A DNA stretch of 64,000 nucleotides from Clostridia bacterium. GTDB lineage: Bacteria; Bacillota; Clostridia; UMGS1883. A model generated the notes under the pieces. It was not told the DNA's origin. It saw only the letters and a program-made list of their open reading frames with translations, and did not search any database. The DNA lies in the NCBI GenBank assembly GCA_045661145.1, contig JAZRFC010000081.1, positions 7,338 through 71,337 on the forward strand. Direction: 5' to 3'. This document shows, piece by piece, positions 50,576 through 57,193 of the stretch; position 1 is the first letter of the stretch; every line of letters starts with the position of its first letter. The position numbers were made by a program, and so were the translations under genes.

Positions 50576-51418
50576 ATGTACAGAATTGCTGAAAAGACGG
50601 TGCTTAACCCCACCGTTACCAAAATGGTTGTAGAAGCTCCCCTTATTGCGAAGAAGGCGGAACCCGGACAGTTTATAATTTTCAGGGTATCGGAGGATGG
50701 AGAGAGAGTTCCTCTTACAATTGCCGACTATGACCGTGAAAAGGGAACAGTAACTATAATATTTCAGGTAGCAGGTGCATCCACAATGGAGCTTAACGCT
50801 CTTAATGAGGGTGATTTCATCTGTGATTTTGCAGGCCCTCTCGGAACTTCCAGCAAGATTGAAAATCTCAAAAAGGTTTGTGTTGTAGGCGGTGGAGTGG
50901 GATGTGCCATAGCGTACCCCGTTGCAAAGAAGCTTCACGAAAACGGATGTGAAGTACACGTAGTGACAGGCTTCAGAAATAAAGATTTGGTGATTCTGGA
51001 AAAGGAATTTTCTGCGGTGAGCGACATAATGAAAATTATGACCGATGACGGAAGCTACGGCGAAAAAGGTCTTGTCACAAATGCCCTGGAAGAGCTTATA
51101 AATGCAGGCAATGATTACGACGAGGTTATTGCAATCGGACCCCTTGTTATGATGAAATTTGTGTGTCTTACCACAAAAAAATACGGTATCAAAACCACAG
51201 TTTCAATGAATCCCATTATGGTAGACGGAACGGGAATGTGTGGAGGATGCCGTCTTACGGTAGGCGGTGAAACCAAGTTTGCCTGCGTTGACGGTCCTGA
51301 TTTTGACGGACATCAGGTGGACTTTGATGAAGCTATGAAGCGTAATGGAATATACAAGGAATTTGAAGCACATAAAAGAGAAGAAACCTGCAACCTCTTC
51401 AAAAAGGAGGTAATGTGA
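50576..51418 (+). CDS. nfnA: NADH-dependent reduced ferredoxin:NADP+ oxidoreductase subunit A (FAD/[2Fe-2S], PyrK-like)
   Basis: 280 aa. Close recalled similarity along the whole length to Thermotoga NfnA (..ERVPLTIADYD.., ..NPIMVDGTGMCGGCRLTVGGETKFACVDGPDFDGH..). Confidence 0.88.
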   Translation: MYRIAEKTVLNPTVTKMVVEAPLIAKKAEPGQFIIFRVSEDGERVPLTIADYDREKGTVTIIFQVAGASTMELNALNEGDFICDFAGPLGTSSKIENLKKVCVVGGGVGCAIAYPVAKKLHENGCEVHVVTGFRNKDLVILEKEFSAVSDIMKIMTDDGSYGEKGLVTNALEELINAGNDYDEVIAIGPLVMMKFVCLTTKKYGIKTTVSMNPIMVDGTGMCGGCRLTVGGETKFACVDGPDFDGHQVDFDEAMKRNGIYKEFEAHKREETCNLFKKEVM

Positions 51419-51419
51419 T

Positions 51420-52808
51420 ATGACTAATATGAGTCCTAAAAAAAATCCAATGCCTTCTCTTGACCCCAAAGAAAGAAGAACGAACTTCGATGAGGTTGCC
51501 ACGGGATATACCTATGAGATGGCAATAGAAGAGGCGAAAAGATGCTTTGCCTGTAAGCACAAGCCATGCAGGAGCAAGTGCCCCGTTGGAATTGACATTC
51601 CTGCGTTTATTGAAAAACTTGCGGCACAGGACATAAAGGGTGCATATGAAATTATTTCAGAAAGCAGCACTCTTCCTGCCGTATGCGGAAGAGTGTGTCC
51701 TCAGGAAAGTCAGTGCGAAAGTGCTTGCGTCCGCGGTATTAAAGGTGAGAGTGTGGCAATCGGCAGACTTGAAAGGTTTGTTGCCGATTACTGCAGAGAG
51801 CATTATAAGGAAGAAGCCCAAAAGCCTCAGTTAAATGGCAAAAAGGTGGCTATTATAGGTTCAGGCCCTTCGGGACTTACTGCTGCAGGCGACCTTGCGA
51901 AGCTTGGCTACGAGGTAACGGTTTTTGAAGCACTTCATACTCCGGGTGGTGTTCTTGTTTACGGAATCCCCGAATTCAGACTTCCCAAAACGATTGTCAG
52001 TGAAGAAATTGAAAAGCTTCAGGCTATGGGTGTGAAAATTGAAACCAATGTAATAATCGGTAAAACAATTACCGTTGATGAGCTTTTTGATGATGGATTT
52101 TCCGCAGTTTATATAGCCAGCGGGGCAGGACTCCCAAGCTTTATGAATATAAAGGGAGAGAGTCTTAACGGAGTTTACAGTGCAAACGAATACCTTACCA
52201 GAATAAATCTTATGAAAGCATATCTGCCCGATTCCAAAACGCCCGTTAAAAAGAGTAAGCGCGTTGCAGTAGTAGGCGGCGGAAACGTGGCGATGGATGC
52301 GGCTCGCAGTGCCGTAAGGCTCGGGGCTGAAGCAGTGTACATTATTTATAGAAGAGGTATGGAAGAGCTTCCTGCAAGAAATGAAGAAATCGAGCACGCC
52401 CACGAAGAGGGGGTTATTTTCAGAACTCTGACTGCCCCTGTAGAAATACTCGGCGACGATAATGGAAATGTCAGTGGTATAAGATGTGTCCGTATGGAGC
52501 TTGGAGAACCTGATGAAAGCGGAAGAAGAAGACCGGCTCCGATAGAGGGTAGTGAATATGACCGTGAAGTGGACACTGTAATTATGGCGATAGGAACAAG
52601 TCCCAATCCTCTTATCCGCAGTACTACACCCGGCTTGGAAGTTAACAGCCGTGGCTGTATAGTAACCGACGGAGAAGACGGAAAAACCTCCCGTGAAGGT
52701 GTGTATGCCGGCGGTGATGCAGTTACCGGTGCCGCAACGGTTATACTTGCAATGGGTGCAGGAAAGAGTGCGGCAAAGGCAATTGATAATTATTTAAAAA
52801 ATAAATAA
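51420..52808 (+). CDS. nfnB: NfnB subunit (GltD-like; two [4Fe-4S] + FAD/NADPH)
   Basis: 462 aa. RCFACKHKPC..CPVGIDIP, AVCGRVCPQESQCESACVRG, GSGPSGLTAAGDLAKLGY, GGDAVTGAATVILAMGAGK. Start overlaps the nfnA stop region. Confidence 0.88.
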   Translation: MTNMSPKKNPMPSLDPKERRTNFDEVATGYTYEMAIEEAKRCFACKHKPCRSKCPVGIDIPAFIEKLAAQDIKGAYEIISESSTLPAVCGRVCPQESQCESACVRGIKGESVAIGRLERFVADYCREHYKEEAQKPQLNGKKVAIIGSGPSGLTAAGDLAKLGYEVTVFEALHTPGGVLVYGIPEFRLPKTIVSEEIEKLQAMGVKIETNVIIGKTITVDELFDDGFSAVYIASGAGLPSFMNIKGESLNGVYSANEYLTRINLMKAYLPDSKTPVKKSKRVAVVGGGNVAMDAARSAVRLGAEAVYIIYRRGMEELPARNEEIEHAHEEGVIFRTLTAPVEILGDDNGNVSGIRCVRMELGEPDESGRRRPAPIEGSEYDREVDTVIMAIGTSPNPLIRSTTPGLEVNSRGCIVTDGEDGKTSREGVYAGGDAVTGAATVILAMGAGKSAAKAIDNYLKNK

Positions 52809-52839
52809 AAAACTTAAAAAGTGTAACGACTTTCGACAA

Positions 52840-52865
52840 CCCCCGTGATATATATATCACGGGGG
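52840..52865 (+). terminator. GC-rich hairpin after nfnB (weak U-tract), nested in an 11-bp outer inverted repeat (52816-52826 / 52883-52893)
   Basis: CCCCCGTGATAT/ATATCACGGGGG followed by TTTGTGTTTGTGGG. Outer repeat is AAAAAGTGTAA / TTACACTTTTT. Confidence 0.6.
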
Positions 52866-52912
52866 TTTGTGTTTGTGGGTTATTACACTTTTTATTTGTA
52901 AAAGGAGAAAAT

Positions 52913-53956
52913 ATGAAGGATATAGTAATTAAAGTCAGCGGACAGTTTATTTCAAAAAACAGCAAAAATGCAGGTGTGGCAGGAGATGCAAATTCCTGCA
53001 GTATAACATTCTGCTTTGACAGCAGTTGGACAGGGTTTTCCAAAAGAGTTCTCTGGCGTGACAGCAAGGGAGAAAACCTTACAAGCGTAATCCTTGTTCC
53101 CGATATAGAAAACCAAAGTGAGTATAAGACCTCTATTCCACCCTGCATCACAAAAACGCAAGGTTGGTGTACATTCACAGTTGAGGGATATTTTGAATCA
53201 AACCCCGAAATTGTAAATAAGTCTGTAAGTGACAGTCTTTTCGTGGGTTATTCCGACCTTAGCGACGAAATCGTTCCCATAACTCCAAGCGAGGCAATGC
53301 AGCTTCAAAGTGAATTTGAAGCCCTGATGCCCCGTGTGAAAAGCCTGATGGAGGAAACGCAAAAAAGTATAACTTCCTACTGTGAGAATCACAATGTCTG
53401 GGAGGATTACAACAGTGCCACTCTTTATAACCCAGGAAACAAGGTTTTCTATAAAGGCTGCGCTTATGTCTGCATCAAGGAAAATCAGGGAGTATCTCCC
53501 GAAAACAGTGATTTCTGGCAGATAATTGCAGAACGTGGACAGCGGGGACAGAAAGGAAATCAGGGACCGCAGGGTATTCAGGGCGACAGAGGTGAAAAAG
53601 GCGAGAAGGGTGACAAAGGCGACAAAGGAGAAAAGGGCGACAGAGGTGACAAGGGAGATAAAGGTATAAACGGAAGTGTCGTTCCTGCTAACGGTTTTTA
53701 TTCCTTTAGCGTAGATGAAAACGGAGATTTGTGGCTGTATTATCCCGATTCTGGAAATAAACCCGAAGCAACACTTAACGAAAACGGTGAACTTATTCTG
53801 ACTGTTGATGGAGAAACCGATTACTCCTTTAATGTCGGCAAGGTTAAAGGGGAAAAAGGTGATTTCCCCCAAAAAGGAGTAGATTACTGGACAGAAAACG
53901 ATAAAGCTGAAATAAAAGCCTATGTAAAAGATGCTATTTTAGGAGGTGCGTGGTAA
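52913..53956 (+). CDS. tail fibre-like protein with collagen-like GXY repeat and CBM5/12-like motif
   Basis: 347 aa. 15 G-X-Y triplets (GQRGQKGNQGPQGIQGDRGEKGEKGDKGDKGEKGDRGDKGDKGING). YNPGNKVFYKGCAYVCIKENQGVSPENSDFWQ resembles a carbohydrate-binding CBM5/12 signature. Confidence 0.7.
   Translation: MKDIVIKVSGQFISKNSKNAGVAGDANSCSITFCFDSSWTGFSKRVLWRDSKGENLTSVILVPDIENQSEYKTSIPPCITKTQGWCTFTVEGYFESNPEIVNKSVSDSLFVGYSDLSDEIVPITPSEAMQLQSEFEALMPRVKSLMEETQKSITSYCENHNVWEDYNSATLYNPGNKVFYKGCAYVCIKENQGVSPENSDFWQIIAERGQRGQKGNQGPQGIQGDRGEKGEKGDKGDKGEKGDRGDKGDKGINGSVVPANGFYSFSVDENGDLWLYYPDSGNKPEATLNENGELILTVDGETDYSFNVGKVKGEKGDFPQKGVDYWTENDKAEIKAYVKDAILGGAW
53537..53674 (+). repeat. coding GXY collagen-like triplet repeat
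   Basis: Read directly from the translated sequence. Confidence 0.9.
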
Positions 53957-54729
53957 TGAGCGTAAATGAGAAAATGACTGCTATTGCAGATAATATCCGC
54001 AGTAAGACAGGCGGTACAGAAGCACTTACACTTGATGATATGGCAAGCGGTGTAAATGAAGTATATGAGGCAGGAAAAAAAGAGGAGTATAACGAGTTTT
54101 GGGATTCTTTTCAGAATAACGGAAGCAGACTTGACTATAGACGGGCTTTTGCAGGAAATAGTTGGAGTCCCAGTATCTTTAAACCTAAATACCCCATAAA
54201 ACCTACAAATGCAGAACAAATGTTTTATTTATCGACTTATCTAACTTGTGACATTACAGAGGTTTCAGATATTGATTTTTCATCATCTACAAATTTACTC
54301 CAAACTTTTCAAAATTTTTACGGAAATAGGATTGGAGTTTTGGACACAAGAAAAGCAACAAATATTACTAATATGGTCGTTAATTGTTCCCGCTTAGTAA
54401 CGATTGATAAAATTATCGTAGGGGAAAATTTACCTTCCACGTTAAGCTTTAATAACGATTCACGTCTAGAAAATGTCACCATAGAGGGTATCCTTGTAAG
54501 AAGTGTAAATGCAGCAGCGTGTCCTCTTACAGTGGCGAGTATGAAAAGTATTATATCTGCACTGAAAGACTATGCAGGAACAGACAGCGAATACACTTAC
54601 ACAGGAACCTTTAAGGCATCAGCTTTCAACGCCCTTGAATTCGAAGGTGCAACGGCAGAATATAACGGGGTAGCTTGCACGTGGGCGGAACTGATAGATA
54701 ATAAAAAGTGGAATCTTACATTGGCATAA
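53956..54729 (+). CDS. hypothetical fibre/receptor-binding-associated protein (leucine-rich-repeat-like segments)
   Basis: TAATG overlap with the upstream fibre gene, SD AGGAGGTG. About 257 aa. Confidence 0.55.
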   Translation: MSVNEKMTAIADNIRSKTGGTEALTLDDMASGVNEVYEAGKKEEYNEFWDSFQNNGSRLDYRRAFAGNSWSPSIFKPKYPIKPTNAEQMFYLSTYLTCDITEVSDIDFSSSTNLLQTFQNFYGNRIGVLDTRKATNITNMVVNCSRLVTIDKIIVGENLPSTLSFNNDSRLENVTIEGILVRSVNAAACPLTVASMKSIISALKDYAGTDSEYTYTGTFKASAFNALEFEGATAEYNGVACTWAELIDNKKWNLTLA

Positions 54730-54740
54730 GGAGTGGTGAA

Positions 54741-55019
54741 ATGTATAAACGAATTAAAACAAAAATAGAGCACGCAACCTTTAAAGCGCGAACAGATGCC
54801 GACGGAAATATATTGTCTTATCGTATCAGTCCGAATGAGGGGTACAAGCTTCACGAAGTAACACTTGATGAACCTGTTGTTGACGAAAACGGAAACGAGA
54901 CAGGAGAAAAGAAACTTGGATTTACGAAATCGTATGTAACGGCAGGTGTCGGATACGATTTTGAGAAAAATGAAAGAGAAATTTATGCGGAGGAGGTAAA
55001 AAATGAACACAACAATTAA
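54741..55019 (+). CDS. hypothetical small protein
   Basis: 92 aa, ATG behind AAGGAGTGGTG, precedes the holin. Confidence 0.5.
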   Translation: MYKRIKTKIEHATFKARTDADGNILSYRISPNEGYKLHEVTLDEPVVDENGNETGEKKLGFTKSYVTAGVGYDFEKNEREIYAEEVKNEHNN

Positions 55020-55431
55020 AAATGCCCTACTTGCCCTGTGTGCAGGTATGGGAAGCGTTTTTGCGGAAGCCTTTGGCGGTTGGGACTCTTTTTTAAAGGC
55101 ATTGGTTCTTTTTATGATTGTAGATTACATAACGGGAATGACCGTTGCCCTTGTTTTTCACAAGTCTGAAAAAACAAAGAGCGGAGGTGCTTCTAGTGCA
55201 GTAGGGTTTAAAGGTATTGTAAAAAAAATATGTATCTTTTTCCTTGTAGCATTAGCAGTAAGAGTTGACCTTATCACCGGAACAAGCTATGTGCGTAATG
55301 CTACAATATTCTTTTTCTTAGGCAACGAGGGGCTTAGTGTCATTGAAAATATCGGGCGTATGGGTGTTAAGTATCCTGCTTTTTTAAAGAAAGCATTGGA
55401 AACCTTAAAAGAGAAAAGCGAAGAAACATAA
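55003..55431 (+). CDS. holin (phage_holin_4 / TcdE-like family)
   Basis: 142 aa, three TM segments, charged C-terminus, directly upstream of the amidase. Confidence 0.8.
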   Translation: MNTTIKNALLALCAGMGSVFAEAFGGWDSFLKALVLFMIVDYITGMTVALVFHKSEKTKSGGASSAVGFKGIVKKICIFFLVALAVRVDLITGTSYVRNATIFFFLGNEGLSVIENIGRMGVKYPAFLKKALETLKEKSEET

Positions 55432-55474
55432 TTTTTAAAATTAAACATATTATGTACAAGGAAGGATTGATAAG

Positions 55475-56212
55475 ATGAGTGAGTTTAAAAAATATAATAT
55501 AGAAGAATTTGAAAAGTACATAACCTCGCTTAATGTTTCACGCGGAATAAAGCTTGTTCAGCTTCACCATACCTATATTCCCGGCTATAAGCAGTTTACA
55601 GGGGACAATCATATTCAACTGCAGACGGGAATGAGAAATTACCACATAAACACCAACGGCTGGTCAGACATAGCACAGCATTTTACGATTTTCCCTGATG
55701 GTGCAATAGTGACGGGAAGAAGTATGGAAATGATTCCTGCAGGCATAAAGGGGGGAAACGCAGGTGCTATATGTATAGAATGCGTAGGAAATTTTGATAA
55801 GTGCGGAGATGTGATGAGAAAAGAACAGAAAGATGCAATCGTGAGTGCGGTAAAAATCCTTATGGATAAATTCTCTCTTCAGCCTGAAAATGCAATTGTA
55901 TACCACGGCTGGTGGACAGCGTCAGGAAAGAAATTGGGTGATTACACAAAAGGAAAATCCGCCAAAACCTGCCCTGGTACAAATTTCTTCGGTGGAAATA
56001 CGAGAAAGGATTTTGAGGAGAATTTGCTACCGCTTATTGTCGGATGCAGAAAGAAAATGCTGGAAACAGCTAATGATATTACATGGGAGCTAAATCATAC
56101 ATATTTTCCTATTGATGATGTTGATAGATTTAAGAAAATTCTTGATGAAGCAAAAAAAAATAACAGCCCTCTATATTGGGGCTATTATAAGCTTGTGAAC
56201 AGAATAAAATAA
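55475..56212 (+). CDS. N-acetylmuramoyl-L-alanine amidase (Amidase_2/PGRP type endolysin)
   Basis: 245 aa. VQLHHTY.., NGWSDIAQHFTIFPDG.., ICIECVGNFD motifs. Confidence 0.8.
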   Translation: MSEFKKYNIEEFEKYITSLNVSRGIKLVQLHHTYIPGYKQFTGDNHIQLQTGMRNYHINTNGWSDIAQHFTIFPDGAIVTGRSMEMIPAGIKGGNAGAICIECVGNFDKCGDVMRKEQKDAIVSAVKILMDKFSLQPENAIVYHGWWTASGKKLGDYTKGKSAKTCPGTNFFGGNTRKDFEENLLPLIVGCRKKMLETANDITWELNHTYFPIDDVDRFKKILDEAKKNNSPLYWGYYKLVNRIK

Positions 56213-56417
56213 ATATTTACAAACAGACATAAAGCGGAGCAGGTATTTTAAAAATACAGAAATAGTTTGACAAACTTTTGACAAACATTCATGTCATATA
56301 GAGCAACATGCGCCATCAGTTTGAACGAAGAGAAACAATCCAGCGAATTGTTTCTCCGTTCAAAGTCCCTGTGAGCTGAAAACCGCATTATTATGCGGAA
56401 TTTCAGCCACCTTCAGG

Positions 56418-56482
56418 ATGGCGCACCATAAGAAAACAGCATCTACTTAAAAGCAGATGCTGTTTTCTTATGGTGCGCCATC
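56418..56482. terminator. 28-bp perfect inverted repeat: a bidirectional terminator core whose outer arms include the last 12 nt of tRNA-Lys
   Basis: GATGGCGCACCATAAGAAAACAGCATCT - ACTTAAAAGC - AGATGCTGTTTTCTTATGGTGCGCCATC. Confidence 0.85.
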
Positions 56483-56546
56483 AGGGACTCGAACCCTGGA
56501 CACCCTGATTAAGAGTCAGGTGCTCTACCAACTGAGCTAATGGCAC
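56471..56546 (-). tRNA. tRNA-Lys (anticodon CTT), CCA encoded
   Basis: Minus strand GTGCCATTAGCTCAGTTGGTAGAGCACCTGACTCTTAATCAGGGTGTCCAGGGTTCGAGTCCCTGATGGCGCACCA folds as a cloverleaf. Confidence 0.9.
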
Positions 56547-56551
56547 AAATA

Positions 56552-56627
56552 TGGAGCTGCCCAGCAGATTCGAACTGCCGACCTCTTCCTTACCAAGGAA
56601 GTGCTCTGCCAACTGAGCTAGGGCAGC
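56552..56627 (-). tRNA. tRNA-Thr (anticodon GGT), CCA encoded
   Basis: Minus strand GCTGCCCTAGCTCAGTTGGCAGAGCACTTCCTTGGTAAGGAAGAGGTCGGCAGTTCGAATCTGCTGGGCAGCTCCA. Confidence 0.9.
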
Positions 56628-56632
56628 AAAAT

Positions 56633-56709
56633 TGGCGACCCGGAAGGGGCTCGAACCCTCGACCTCCAGCGTGACAGGCTGGCGTTCTAACCAACTGAAC
56701 TACCGGGCC
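56633..56709 (-). tRNA. tRNA-Asp (anticodon GTC), CCA encoded
   Basis: Minus strand GGCCCGGTAGTTCAGTTGGTTAGAACGCCAGCCTGTCACGCTGGAGGTCGAGGGTTCGAGCCCCTTCCGGGTCGCCA. Confidence 0.9.
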
Positions 56710-56770
56710 GGATATCTTGTCACGTCAGATGCCGATGCGTTAACACGCTTGTTATCCGCTGACTTGACAT

Positions 56771-56799
56771 ATTATACTTGTTTTGCATCAGTTTGTCAA
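56771..56799 (-). promoter_or_regulatory. consensus promoter of the tRNA Asp-Thr-Lys operon
   Basis: Minus strand TTGACA, 17 nt spacer, TATAAT: a perfect consensus about 60 nt upstream of tRNA-Asp. Confidence 0.7.
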
Positions 56800-56917
56800 G
56801 AGGTTTTTTTAAAAACTTTGAAAAAAGTTTTAACCTCGGATGTAAACCGTGTTTCTGCTTGAATTTTACTCATAGACGTTGTATAATAATATATAAGTAT
56901 CACATGGGGGGGGAATT

Positions 56918-57193
56918 ATGAAAAACAACTATGCCTACTTTCAAAATAAAGATTGCGAATATTACCCCTGCCACAAGACCAAGGGGGAGGATTTTAACTG
57001 TCTTTTCTGCTTTTGTCCCCTTTATTCTATGGGCAGGGAATGTGGCGGTAACTTTACTTATACCGAAGATGGGATAAAGGATTGCAGTGGTTGTACGATT
57101 CCCCACAGTAAAGACGGATATGATTATATTGTGAAGAAATGTCCTGAAATCATTAAAAAAATCAAGGAAGAAGCTGATAACGGTGAATTATAA
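56918..57193 (+). CDS. cysteine-rich small domain protein
   Basis: 91 aa with 9 Cys (CEYYPCH..CLFCFCPLY..CGG..CSGC). Confidence 0.65.
   Translation: MKNNYAYFQNKDCEYYPCHKTKGEDFNCLFCFCPLYSMGRECGGNFTYTEDGIKDCSGCTIPHSKDGYDYIVKKCPEIIKKIKEEADNGEL

Larger units (their letters stand above)
39068..56212 (+). mobile_element. phage-derived particle gene cluster (repressor/switch, packaging, head, short-tail/fibre and lysis genes) with no integrase or replication module
   Basis: See the individual CDS calls. All structural ORFs are co-oriented and tightly coupled. The cluster is bounded by capA on the left and the tRNA operon on the right. Confidence 0.8.

Noticed and set aside
46047-53674. Possible CRISPR-like or non-coding tandem repeats (GGnGAnAAA periodicity).
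   Set aside because: The periodic sequence is in-frame G-X-Y collagen-like coding repeat inside two ORFs. No repeat-spacer architecture and no cas genes appear anywhere in the window.
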